Below are positions 26,891 to 36,979 of a stretch of DNA of 64,000 bases, piece by piece. Source of the DNA: Candidatus Bathyarchaeota archaeon (GTDB taxonomy: Archaea > Thermoproteota > Bathyarchaeia > 40CM-2-53-6). The notes below the pieces were generated by a model. The model saw nothing but the letters and a program-made list of their open reading frames with translations. It searched no databases and had not been told where the DNA came from. The position numbers and the translations under genes were made by a program. Position 1 is the stretch's first letter, and every line of letters starts with the position of its first letter. Where the stretch lies: contig CAWABQ010000028.1 of the NCBI GenBank assembly GCA_963780265.1, positions 135,491 to 199,490 of the forward strand, written 5' to 3'.

Positions 26891-27038
26891 AGCGGGGTGG
26901 GGTAGCCAGGTTTAACCCGCAGAACCTTCCCGTGCGGAGGGCTCATATCCTGGCGAGAAACCCTGAGATTGAGTCCAAAAACTCCTCAACCGGTGGTTCG
27001 AAAGGCAAACAAGCCCGAATATCCACCCCCCGCTACCA
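26891..27038 (+). tRNA. initiator tRNA-Met (CAU) gene with four predicted introns, CCA encoded
   Basis: A1:U72 acceptor (AGCGGGG/CCCCGCU), GGG:CCC anticodon stem and CUCAUAA loop. Proposed exons are 26891..26922, 26940..26947, 26960..26969, 26991..27002 and 27022..27038. The splice product AGCGGGGUGGGGUAGCCAGGUUUAACCCGCAGGGCUCAUAACCCUGAGAUCGGUGGUUCGAAUCCACCCCCCGCUACCA (79 nt) is a canonical archaeal initiator. Confidence 0.8.
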
Positions 27039-27108
27039 AACGAAATAATGGTGGGAAGCCCAATTCCGGAGGTTTCTTAATGCTCCTACACCCAAATGAT
27101 CTGGTCAG

Positions 27109-27786
27109 ATGAGTTCTTTGAACACGCCATACATGACTCGCCCAGGACGGCCGGTCGGGGTAACTATTCTTACGATATTGCAAATCTTTAGCGGCATCGG
27201 AGACCTCTTTTTCGGGGCCCTGCTACTTATCCTGGCCGTGCTTGCTGGCGTACTAGTAGGTGGGGCGCTCGCAACCGCGCTGTTTTTGTTAGATTTTGTC
27301 GTGATTGGTCTAGGAATATTCTCGTTCGCCCTTGCTTACGGCCTTTGGACTGGCAAGAGATGGGCTTGGACCCTTAGCGTAATTGGAGCAATCATTGGAA
27401 TTGTCTTAGGAGCGCTGATTGTAGCGTTGAGCCTAGTAGCGGGAAGCGGGATACTGGAAAGCCTCGCAATTCTCGTTCCAATCGCCCTGTATGTCCTCAT
27501 ACTCGCTTACTTGAGCACGAGGAATGTTCGAGCCTTCTTCGGCCGTTTAGGTGGAGTTGCTTTGGTGCGTCCAACGGTCCCGGCGCCAGTAGGCCAGCCA
27601 TACATGCCTCCAACCCCACCAACCCAACCACCTTATCCACAGCCCAGCGCTCAGCAACCCTACTACCCACAGCCGGAAACCTTTCCCCAACCAGCGACTT
27701 GGGGACCAATTGCCTGCGCTAACTGCGGTGCCCCCAACCAACCTGGCACAAACTTCTGCGACCGGTGCGGAACGCGGCTGAGATAA
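27109..27786 (+). CDS. membrane protein (4 TM) with a P-rich linker and C-terminal zinc ribbon
   Basis: TM helices, then PPTPPTQPPYPQPSAQQPYYPQP, then CANCGAPNQPGTNFCDRCG. Confidence 0.7.
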   Translation: MSSLNTPYMTRPGRPVGVTILTILQIFSGIGDLFFGALLLILAVLAGVLVGGALATALFLLDFVVIGLGIFSFALAYGLWTGKRWAWTLSVIGAIIGIVLGALIVALSLVAGSGILESLAILVPIALYVLILAYLSTRNVRAFFGRLGGVALVRPTVPAPVGQPYMPPTPPTQPPYPQPSAQQPYYPQPETFPQPATWGPIACANCGAPNQPGTNFCDRCGTRLR

Positions 27787-27858
27787 GCGAAAGGAAGCAT
27801 CCAATCTTCCCAGCGGCCAGCCTGAGCCTTCAACTATCTATTCGGTAAGATATGCCGT

Positions 27859-28644
27859 TTAATTGATCTTCTTCAGGACAGCATAGTTCCGCTTGTACTT
27901 GTTCCTCGGTAAAACGAAATTAGCAACAACCCTGAACCCGGACTGGCGTGCGAAGTCTCTTATCTCTGACATCGAAAAGAAACGCACACAAGAACTATCG
28001 ACATAGACCTGAACTTGGCTACTTCTCCGAGCGGCCTCGTACCTTGACCTTTCATTCGGCAGCATCGGTTTGAGAAACTTCGGGTAGATAATGTAGACAT
28101 CCCTTGAATATAGCACATCTGAGGCTATCTGTCCAAGAGAAACTCTTACAATCCGTTTGTTTCTCTGATCCCACGACTGCGCGATCGTGTTTCCAACGTC
28201 AGTCCATACAATCTGCGATACTCTCTCAAAGTCAAAGATTAACAACCCTCCAGGTCGGAGTAAGGAGTACGTGTTATCAAGAAACCGTTTCACCTCGTCA
28301 CCCCTAACAGGAATAGACCAGTTTAGACAAAGAGCCGCGTCAAAGCTCTCATCGTGACGATATTCATAGTAGCTGCCGACAACAAAACGCGGGTGAATTC
28401 TTTCCTCCCAGGCTTTTTTTCTGGCGAATCGAATATTCTCTCTCGAGATATCAATCCCAGTCGCACCGAATCCTAGCTTCGTAAGCGCTCTCACGTGATA
28501 TCCGGTTCCGCACCCTAAATCCACCAGGGATTGCGAGCCGTGACCTCGCAAAATAGAGGTAATGAGACCGACTTCACTCTTCCAGTCCCTGCCCTCGATG
28601 AGCTCATAGTAAGAAACGAGTTGACGGTAAAGCGGGCGGCGCAT
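27859..28644 (-). CDS. class I SAM-dependent methyltransferase
   Basis: Motif I LVDLGCGTGYH and post-I GIDIS. Confidence 0.8.
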   Translation of the reverse strand: MRRPLYRQLVSYYELIEGRDWKSEVGLITSILRGHGSQSLVDLGCGTGYHVRALTKLGFGATGIDISRENIRFARKKAWEERIHPRFVVGSYYEYRHDESFDAALCLNWSIPVRGDEVKRFLDNTYSLLRPGGLLIFDFERVSQIVWTDVGNTIAQSWDQRNKRIVRVSLGQIASDVLYSRDVYIIYPKFLKPMLPNERSRYEAARRSSQVQVYVDSSCVRFFSMSEIRDFARQSGFRVVANFVLPRNKYKRNYAVLKKIN

Positions 28645-28705
28645 TAGTTCAAATGCGATACGGAGGCCTATTATAGATTATTCTCGTGCTACCTCATCGA
28701 AGCAT

Positions 28706-29452
28706 ATGGCAATTAGTGGCCGTAAGGTGTGCTTTGAGAAATCCGAATACATTGTCTACGAACCCTACCTCGGTTTGCATTTGGCGTATCATGCCAAGAA
28801 ATTCTGTTTTTCAGGACGGTCGAATTATCAAAAAATCGACATAATCGACAACGATGCCTACGGTAGGATGTTGTTTCTCGACGATAATCTTCAGCATACT
28901 ACCTATGATTCACGGATCTTCAATGAAGCCCTCTGTGGTACTGCTAAGAGAAATGGGGCCGCCAAAGTAGTTGTGCTTGGGGGCGGCAGTGGGCAGACTG
29001 CGCTGGCATTGCTCGATTCTCCCTCAATTGAGCTAGTCACTGTCGTTGAGATTGACCCTTTGCTTGTCGAATGTTGCAGGAAGTACATCAAAGGGGTAGG
29101 CCGGGCGTTCAGAGACCCGAGAGTTAGAATCTTGATCGGTGATGCTTTCAAGTTTCTTCATTCTACGAACGAAGCGTTCGATGCAAGCATTATCGATCTT
29201 ACCGAGAGGCCGTTTGGGATTAAGGGCAATTTGAATACGCTAAACCAACTATATGCTGATATCAAGGAAAAATGCAGAGGCCGCTGTAGTCAATACATCG
29301 GGTCATCGGTAGGGCTTGCTCATAATCGGAGGTTGAGAGACTCTGCAATTAGCAGAAGCAAGCAGTACCTCTTGAACGTTAGATATGAGGACGTTTTTAT
29401 CCCGTCCTTTGGCGCACCGCATACATTCATGCATGCAGGATACGAGAAATGA
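28706..29452 (+). CDS. spermidine synthase-like aminopropyltransferase
   Basis: YQKIDIIDNDAYGRMLFLDDNLQHTTYDSRIFNEAL, VVVLGGGSGQTA and VVEIDP match the spermidine synthase family layout. Confidence 0.7.
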   Translation: MAISGRKVCFEKSEYIVYEPYLGLHLAYHAKKFCFSGRSNYQKIDIIDNDAYGRMLFLDDNLQHTTYDSRIFNEALCGTAKRNGAAKVVVLGGGSGQTALALLDSPSIELVTVVEIDPLLVECCRKYIKGVGRAFRDPRVRILIGDAFKFLHSTNEAFDASIIDLTERPFGIKGNLNTLNQLYADIKEKCRGRCSQYIGSSVGLAHNRRLRDSAISRSKQYLLNVRYEDVFIPSFGAPHTFMHAGYEK

Positions 29453-29529
29453 CCAGAGCCCGGCTCTAGCATTAAGTCACCGAATGAGCCCGGCTTCGTT
29501 AGAAATTGTCTACTTGCGATACCAATCGT

Positions 29530-30324
29530 TCAGGGTAGCCTGGGGATCCGTTGCTGAGGAGCTGAGTGAATTGCAGAAGATATCGCTACGGTACCGTCGC
29601 CGATGTACCAGAAGATTGGTGCATATGTTGAATCGAGAGGGTCATTCATTTGGTCATTCTGAGTGAACGGTGAAACGGTGTCGTACACGGCGTTGTGGAC
29701 ATTCTCTCCTTGAGTTAGGTAGATAACGAGTTCGGCAGTTAAGTCATCCAAAAACCCGAATTGGAGTGTGATGACCCCGCTACAGAAAACTACTGATGTC
29801 ACGCCTGCTGCAAGAAAGACCGGTGCAATCGTATTGCCATTACTCGACTCGAAAATTAGTAGTTTGAGCCCCGGCAGTGAATTAGGCCCGAAGTGATTTT
29901 TCAAGAAGTTTGTACTTACAGCGACCATGCCTGAGCCAATGGTAATCCTGCCTGCAGCAAAATCGGCGGCGTATTTCTGTTTAATTCCAATATTGGCCTT
30001 CTCGCCCACGTACCAATAGGTGATGCGATTCCAAGTGAAACTGTCAGTGCGCCAGATAACGACACTGTAATTCTTCATCTTGGTTAAGAGAAAGTTAATT
30101 GTAACGGCGCCGTCCGTGAGGTACGTAACGTTGTGCCCTGTACGTTTCAAGGAAGACATGATCGAACTTGCATAGTAGCTCATGGGGTGCGTTGCGTTCA
30201 GGGATGAGAGGAACAGAGCTTGGGTCTGAACCTGAGCATGTGGCGGGATAAGAGCGTTGACACCCGTTGGCATTGAGAGCGTCGACAATATCAGCACGAC
30301 AATCAGTACTTTCATCAATCCCAA
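29530..30324 (-). CDS. secreted hypothetical protein
   Basis: Signal peptide MGLMKVLIVVLILSTLSMPTGVNA. No TM anchor. Confidence 0.6.
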   Translation of the reverse strand: MGLMKVLIVVLILSTLSMPTGVNALIPPHAQVQTQALFLSSLNATHPMSYYASSIMSSLKRTGHNVTYLTDGAVTINFLLTKMKNYSVVIWRTDSFTWNRITYWYVGEKANIGIKQKYAADFAAGRITIGSGMVAVSTNFLKNHFGPNSLPGLKLLIFESSNGNTIAPVFLAAGVTSVVFCSGVITLQFGFLDDLTAELVIYLTQGENVHNAVYDTVSPFTQNDQMNDPLDSTYAPIFWYIGDGTVAISSAIHSAPQQRIPRLP

Positions 30325-30561
30325 TCCCGTCTAATGATTGCGAACATTCCGAGAACAAAACCATTATTCACCGAGATTGCGAAATTGAGATTGACTTCCG
30401 CAGAGAGATTGCTGAGTTTGTCGCAAGGTGACAGGGTTACATCTTGGCGATATGGTGGGGCGGGAGGAACCCACCGCATTAGTGCGGTGGGGTGACACAT
30501 GGTTTGGTATTGGCTTAAGGCTTGAGCTCTGTGGAAGGTTGACCGCGGCTTGAACTGACGG

Positions 30562-31644
30562 TTAAAGTATGTTCGTGGTTGGCGTTCCGCAGTGTCCGCA
30601 GAAAACGGCATCGGCCGGGAGCTTGTTTCCGCACTTGCTGCACAACCTGTCCGGGCCGGTTTTCGGAGGGCCCTCGTGTCCTGCGCCCAGTCCACTTACA
30701 CGCCCACATTCGCCGCAGAACGCCGCGTCGGCTGGAAGTTGTGCATTACAGTTAGTGCAAAGGCGGAGGCTGAAACTTGGGCTTGTTTCTTTGCGGGATG
30801 ATCTGCGTTTCTTGGCTTTTGGTTCTTCCACCTCAACCACCGTTTCCATTGCAGCGGCGGCTGCCAGCGGAACCATTTCTGAGGCGGTAGCTGCCGCTGT
30901 TGGCGGCGCGGTTGCGGATTTCACGGTTGACTTTTTCAATCCTCTCTGTCTCTTCGCGAGAAAGATTGCCAAGGCGAGCACGACCAAGATCCCGCCAATT
31001 ACTATCGGCTGCAAGATGGAGTTTATTGAAACCGCGCTAGTCGGCGTAGAGTTTGACTGCAGAACCGTGGACAGTATCGTCGATGCCAGCCATGTGGTTG
31101 CTGCATATGATATTGTTGCATCCACATAGACTGTGGCGGCGGTTTTATCGCTGTAGTTGAAGAACATGAACCAGTACTTTCCGTCAGACGGTATGACAAA
31201 TTTGCCTGTCCATGAGAGTACCTCGGCGGTTAGCACGAGGGGTGAAAACGTGCTGAAGGGGGGAAACGTGCTAAAGGGAGGAGGACTGGGATATTTGGCC
31301 CGCACCCATTTTGAGTGGTTCGTGTCGTTGAGAACTGTAAAGGTGACAACTATGTTTGACGTGAGTTTTACATACACGGTGTCGCCTTTGTTAGCCCGGA
31401 AGTAGAGTTCCTCCTCCCAGCCGCTCACAGCCTTCACGAACACTTGCTCACTTGCATAGATAGTGTCGTTTCGAGTTACTGTGGAAGTGGCGTAGGACGT
31501 GCTGACAGTTACAATGCTGGTTATCGTGGAATCGTTGATTCCAATGCTTGGACTCAAGCCTTTCGCTGACATTGCCGCCAACGCCGGGAACGCGACAAAT
31601 AGCAGCAGAAATGAAAATAGCGCTTGGCGAATGGTTCTCCGCAA
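30562..31644 (-). CDS. single-pass surface protein with a cytoplasmic double zinc ribbon
   Basis: Signal peptide, ectodomain, TM (IVIGGILVVLALAIFLAKRQRG), then CTNCNAQLPADAAFCGECG and CSKCGNKLPADAVFCGHCG. Confidence 0.7.
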   Translation of the reverse strand: MRRTIRQALFSFLLLFVAFPALAAMSAKGLSPSIGINDSTITSIVTVSTSYATSTVTRNDTIYASEQVFVKAVSGWEEELYFRANKGDTVYVKLTSNIVVTFTVLNDTNHSKWVRAKYPSPPPFSTFPPFSTFSPLVLTAEVLSWTGKFVIPSDGKYWFMFFNYSDKTAATVYVDATISYAATTWLASTILSTVLQSNSTPTSAVSINSILQPIVIGGILVVLALAIFLAKRQRGLKKSTVKSATAPPTAAATASEMVPLAAAAAMETVVEVEEPKAKKRRSSRKETSPSFSLRLCTNCNAQLPADAAFCGECGRVSGLGAGHEGPPKTGPDRLCSKCGNKLPADAVFCGHCGTPTTNIL

Positions 31645-31653
31645 GCCTCAAGC

Positions 31654-34275
31654 TCACCGCCTGGTTCCGCAGTAGATGCAGAACTTTAGTCCGGCCGCTA
31701 TCTCGCGTCCGCAATTACGGCACGTTTCAGCGCGAGCGGTGGAGGGCTTTGCTTTCTTTTGTGTAGTCTCTTTGGCCACGCTCGGACCGAGGTTTGCCCC
31801 GCAATAGGTGCAGAACTTGAGTTTCGTCGAGATTTCCCGCCCGCAATTGGGGCAAGGCCCGGAAAGCTCTGGGCCTGGCGGCTCGTGCTTTTCGGGCGGC
31901 TGTTTCTTGGGCCGCTCCATATTAGTGCCGCAGTAGACGCAGAACTTGCGGCTAGTTTCGTTTACTCGCCCACAGACCGGGCAGCCGTTGCCGACAAATT
32001 CCTTCATTGGGGGCGTTGTTAGAGCGGCCAGGGACTCTGGGCTCGCTGGGGCGAGTCTGCCCCATTTCTGTAGAATTCCGAATGGGTCCACTTCGATCTT
32101 CGGGTTTATGCTGACTTTAACAGGTGGGTTGGCCTTTCCGGCTCTTACGACTAACTGTTCTCCACCATGAACCGTCAGCCTCTCGTTCGGATTTTTGAGA
32201 TTCCAGACTTCTACTGCGCTCTCTCGTCCAAAGTCTTCCATGACGGTTATGGCTGCCGTGCTGCCATCTTTCGTGGACTCAATGAACAGCCTCGTTCCCT
32301 GGACGCGGGCGGCCCAGCTGTAGTCGTCTTCGGCTGGAGAACGCGCAAATAGTATTGTCTGGGTCCTGCTTACGCCGTGCTCCTGCCAGTTCATAAAACT
32401 TTTTCCGGCCGCATGAAGGACGACCAGTCCCGTCATCTTGGCAATCTGTTCGGCGGTCGGCCAACGCAGCCACGGAACTGGAATCCTTGAGAGAGGGTCA
32501 AGCCAGTCAACGTTGGTGTTTGAGCCTACGAACATGCCGGTTCCTGTGCTTCCTGTTCCTGTCGGGGAAGCGACGCCCTGGTTTTTAGCTAGCTGATCAA
32601 GGGTCCAGTTCAAGTTCAGGCCGGTTCTCAGGCTTCCATTATCGCCCGTGCTAATATGGTCGCCCGGCTCTATTGGAACATCCACGGGTTTTACGTTCCC
32701 GTTCTCGTCAGTTATCCCCACGTCTCCTTCCGCGTCCTGGTCGAGGAAGAATGGTTCGTGGGAGCAGACATCGTCCTCGCAGATGTGAACCCCGACCAGC
32801 GTCTGGCTGGTGCAGATCTTCCCGGACTTAGCAGTCCCGGTGGCCTTTACTAGGAATTTGTGGAGGTTGCCTGAGGAACTGACGTAGCCGCCGCCCACTG
32901 TCATCTTTCTTACCCACCCTTCCAGGACTGCCTTGGAGCGGCCGCTCACCAGCTGCGTCCTCTGTGGAAAGTGCGCAGTCCAGGGGGTCGTTGTATGCCA
33001 CATAGTCGAAAGTGACCGGCCTGTTTTCCGACCCGGGCCAGTCTAGGCGAAGTGGAATCGAGAACATGCTCTGATCTGGTCTAACCTTCACGACACCGTA
33101 TGGAACGGTGAACAGAGTAGGCCTGGAAGGGTCATATGGCGACGGGTCGTAGGTGAGCTTGAAGCCCCGGCACTCGTCACACTCCTCTTCTTTCCTCTTC
33201 TTGTTCCAATACCAGCCACCAGCCGTGATTGCTGTTATTGCCGGGATCAGTATGACCGCTGGTATCGTGTAATCCGCACTGCAAGTGGCCGTGTAGGTTT
33301 GGGGCTGGTGGATAACCACCTGCGCCGAAGGGCTATCTATCGGTGGGCTTCCGGCCACCTGTTGAATACGCCCTTTCCTCCTAACTGTCCGAGCAATCCC
33401 TCCATCGGTGCCTGCTGCTCGACCTTGATTGTGGCAGTGTCACCATCGTTATACCAGCCGCCCCCCGTGGGCTGGAGGATTGGACATTGAGAGTTTAGGT
33501 CTAGGAGGTATTGAGTATTGTAGGTGGCGGTGGCTTTGTGAGCGGAACACATAGTGACCTGCGTGCTTGTTGTACTCGAGTCATCTATCGCCCAACCATT
33601 GAAGGCGTCTCTAATCCCTGGGGACCCTGCAATAGTGTCGGGATGGCCAAGACCCGGGAGCTGGACAGATGCACAGGAATCATACCATCCATAAACGTAG
33701 GTACCTGCGGCGCTATGCTTGTCTTCGATTACCAATCGATACTGGGAGTTATAGCTGAACGTGAATTGGCAAGGTTTGCAGGGAGGCGTGAAGGTTGCTT
33801 GGGTGTACGTTTGGGTGTATGGGACCGTTACATAATATCCAGAGGTGCAACCGTGGACGTCGTAAGACGTGCACACATATTCATAGTCGTAGTAGGTTTC
33901 TGTGTAGGTTCTTGTTTCTATTGTGCCTGCTGGCACCGTCCAAGTCCATTGGTTGGTGGAAAGTCTCATGCCTTTTCTCCAGTCGGTGACCTGGTCTCCA
34001 CATTCTGATCCACTCTGGCAAATTACCTGAGGGACTTGAAAATGATGCGGCTTTGATCCGTCCAATGTTACAGTCTTTGTCTTAGAGAACCCGACCCCGG
34101 TTCCGCCGTCAATCGAAAGGGTGGTCTTGTCGGCGCCCTTGAGTGTAATCGTGTAGGTCACTTGAGTGTTTGCGTATTGGCTAGGCGAGAAGGCGCCTCC
34201 CTTCGATATGGCTAGTGATTGAACTGAAGCTGAAGCCACAACTAGAACGAGAAGAGTAACGAGGCTAGCTCGCAA
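31654..34275 (-). CDS. large single-pass surface protein with three C-terminal zinc ribbons; interrupted by two 1-nt frameshifts
   Basis: ORFs 33337..34275, 32828..33358 and 31654..33003 join if one base is restored at 33353..33356 (FNRW/AGSPP) and in the G5/C5 run at 32983..32987 (AYNDP/PWTAHF). Layout is a signal peptide, a beta-rich ectodomain, a TM (AVILIPAITAITAGGWYW), a large cytoplasmic part and 3 copies of C-x2-C..F-C-x-Y-C-G. Confidence 0.6.
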
Positions 34276-34411
34276 AGCTCAAGCAAGCAAATAGAGTAGA
34301 GAGGTTAGATAGACTTAGACTTATCCTTATTCCCTACGTAATGTTTGGCGTCTGGCATTCTTCAGGAGCGAAAGCGACTTGGAGAAACGCAGGCTAAATT
34401 CCCAGCCTAAC

Positions 34412-34651
34412 CTAGCAACAAGTGAGACCTAATCTTCTTCGCACGTTTGCCGTTAATGGGAGAAGCAAAGCGGGAACCCATTTTGTGTAATAGCTTCCGG
34501 AAGAGCGTGTGAAATTGGTTCCCAACTCATCTGACAAGGACACCGTCACTAAGTGATTTTTTGCGGCGCTTGTACCCGTGTTGTTAGTGGTTTGAGCGAA
34601 AGTTACGAAGAAGAAGATCACGACTATTGCTCTGGGTCTTGTCAAGGACAA
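34412..34651 (-). CDS. hypothetical small secreted protein
   Basis: 79-aa ORF with an N-terminal hydrophobic segment (AIVVIFFFVTFAQT). Weak support. Confidence 0.3.
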   Translation of the reverse strand: MSLTRPRAIVVIFFFVTFAQTTNNTGTSAAKNHLVTVSLSDELGTNFTRSSGSYYTKWVPALLLPLTANVRRRLGLTCC

Positions 34652-34869
34652 TTTTCTTCGTCACGTTTAGTTCCTAAGGTTAGCGAAACATGTTAGAGGA
34701 GCCGTTCTGGAAACAGTCTGTTCGAGTTGCTGGCACGCGACAACGCAATCGCATGAATGAACCAGTTGGCGCGCCGCTTTGCTGGCGAGTGCTCCAACTG
34801 GAACGTTTCCTGCCACATCGCAACATTGATGGCGTCCATGAAGCCAAGTTAGCGGCGAGCGTTCATCAA

Positions 34870-35253
34870 TCAATCCCAAAAACCTTCGTGAACGAAACGC
34901 ATATCCCTCTTCCGGCATTTCGGACAGAAATATTTCTTGTTGGGCAGGGCGTATGTACCGGTTTCCCCACCTATGTTCCAGGTGAATACTGGTCGAGTTA
35001 CTAGGGACCTGAACAGGGTCACAAAAACATCTACATGTTGACCCTTTTCCCACAGCTGGCCGTAGAAGCGAACTGCCCCGCCACAACCCTCGCATCTAGC
35101 GCCCTTATCAAGGTAGTTTAATACGGAAAATGAGCCACACGACTCGCAGAACGCGGGCGCGCCGCAGCGTGTCCTAAAGTTCCTCTTCCCGCCGCCCAGG
35201 GCCAGTTCTCTTTCGAAGCCGCATCGGCAGGTAGCCCTAAGTAAACTTCCCAT
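34870..35253 (-). CDS. hypothetical multi-CxxC zinc-finger protein
   Basis: CRCG, CESCG, CEGCGG and CPKCRK are spaced as two zinc ribbons. Confidence 0.5.
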   Translation of the reverse strand: MGSLLRATCRCGFERELALGGGKRNFRTRCGAPAFCESCGSFSVLNYLDKGARCEGCGGAVRFYGQLWEKGQHVDVFVTLFRSLVTRPVFTWNIGGETGTYALPNKKYFCPKCRKRDMRFVHEGFWD

Positions 35254-35319
35254 AGAATTTAGCTTGAGTCTGTCCTACTGTTAATGGCTTTTTCGTAGCG
35301 TGTATACCAATGTGAGAAA

Positions 35320-35724
35320 CTAAAGGAGAAGATTTTGAGAACTCTGCAGTCGACTGGCTTTCTCTTTCAACTTCCAATGCCCGTCATTCAACTTCGAAGG
35401 ATGGGAAATGAACTCTAACTGAGGATAATCTCTCCCCCAACTATACCAGGCCTGAGTCTGAGTGGTCGGTGAGATCCCCGTCATCTGAAATATTCGTTCC
35501 GCCGAGCTTTCACCCTTCCTCTTTACATACATAGAGATTTGCTCGATGGCCGGCAGAAGACTCATGCAGTATCCGCATCGGTCTAGCGTTGCAAGTCCTT
35601 GAGAAATCTGGCTTGACTTTATCGGGCTCCCATCGTCCCTGCAGAAACGAACTACTGGATCGTCAAGTTCTCCTGGGGGAGAGCCCCTAACGAGGTGTCT
35701 GATGTATTTTGTAATGCCCCGCAT
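35320..35724 (-). CDS. hypothetical protein
   Basis: 134-aa ORF at the head of the minus-strand gene string 35724..29530. No motif recognised. Confidence 0.45.
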   Translation of the reverse strand: MRGITKYIRHLVRGSPPGELDDPVVRFCRDDGSPIKSSQISQGLATLDRCGYCMSLLPAIEQISMYVKRKGESSAERIFQMTGISPTTQTQAWYSWGRDYPQLEFISHPSKLNDGHWKLKEKASRLQSSQNLLL

Positions 35725-36325
35725 TTCGGTTCATCTCATTCTAGTCTGAGTTCATATTTCTGGAGCGAGTGAATTAACAAAGATTTCGTCTTGCAGGACC
35801 TAAAGCTCATGAGGAGGCATTGAGGATCTGCAATCCGCGACGGCGGACTGGAGCTCGCGTCGCCGTCATAACGCATATTCTTTGATCAAGACCTCCGGGA
35901 CTCCCAGCTTTCAACCCATTCGCATAATTCTCCTGAGAGGACCATCTTCACTCGTATTTTTCGCACAGAACCAACATCACCCATTAATTTCCCTCCTCCC
36001 GACGCAATAGACCGAATCCGTATAACAATGAATCTCACCCGCATTCGATGGATCTCCGTCGCTCGGTGTTCGACAGAGCATTAACCATGTGATGGATTCA
36101 CCGCATTGATGTGGTGGGGCGGGAGGGAATATCATGACCCTGACAGGTCATTTTGAACCCTCGCTCACCGGTGTACTCGCTGTTCGGTATTTTCTGGTCC
36201 CGAGACCGGTTTCAAGGCAAGCGCATGCTCGCTATCTTAGACCAAGTTGTCCCCACGAAGGGTGAACTCGTGGCCTGGACCACCGCCCCTAAACCCAGTA
36301 GGGACCGGCCACTCGCTTAAATGCT

Positions 36326-36847
36326 TCACAGCCTAATCTTCGGCTTCACTGCAAACTTATCGGCAACATTTTCTCTCTTCCGGCGTAAGTAACCCAAATA
36401 TTCGAAAGCAATTAGTGCTGAATTACGTACGTCCTCATCCTTATCCTCGATCGCTTTCTTCAGATCAGGAACCACCTCATCGTCGCCTATGGAACTCAGC
36501 GCTACCGCCGACTCATGTCGAACAATCGGACTCTCGTCATGGAGCATTGCATCAACCAGTGCGGGCACGGCTGAGTGGTAACCTAACTGGCCTAGCGTGA
36601 ATGCGGCCTCATGCCTTGTGAGCGGACTGGGGTCTTCGGCCAGAACCATGCACAATGGACCTACCAGTTCCTCGTTTCCAATATGCTCAAGCATGCAAAC
36701 TGAGTGAACACGTAGCAAAAGAGGGAGCCCCTTTGAAGTTTCCAGGAAGGATTTGAAGAATGAGAGGTCTTTCTTTTCGAAGGCTTCTTCGAGTTTTGCT
36801 AGGATTTTGTAATCGTCGTCCCGCATTCGCATTTCATCCATCTGCAT
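36326..36847 (-). CDS. HEAT (PBS-lyase type) repeat protein
   Basis: Repeats EDPSPLTRHEAAFTLGQLG, HDESPIVRHESAVALSSIG and DKDEDVRNSALIAF. The ORF is open to 36997, but that would overlap the divergent gene, so the ATG at 36847 (MQMDEM) is preferred. Confidence 0.7.
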   Translation of the reverse strand: MQMDEMRMRDDDYKILAKLEEAFEKKDLSFFKSFLETSKGLPLLLRVHSVCMLEHIGNEELVGPLCMVLAEDPSPLTRHEAAFTLGQLGYHSAVPALVDAMLHDESPIVRHESAVALSSIGDDEVVPDLKKAIEDKDEDVRNSALIAFEYLGYLRRKRENVADKFAVKPKIRL

Positions 36848-36979
36848 GGCACCTGAATTGGATGGCTCCTCGCAGGTTGAACAAAGATAAAGATTCTCAA
36901 TACCGGTAACTACACAAAACCATGGTTCCTCAACGACGGGAGGGCAGCAACTACAATTTTTTAAACGTCTTCGTATGTT

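Noticed and set aside
36088-36142. Possible C/D-box sRNA (GUGAUGG ... CUGA)
   Set aside because: The C box is imperfect, no proper D'/C' pair exists at the right spacing, and there is no terminal stem.
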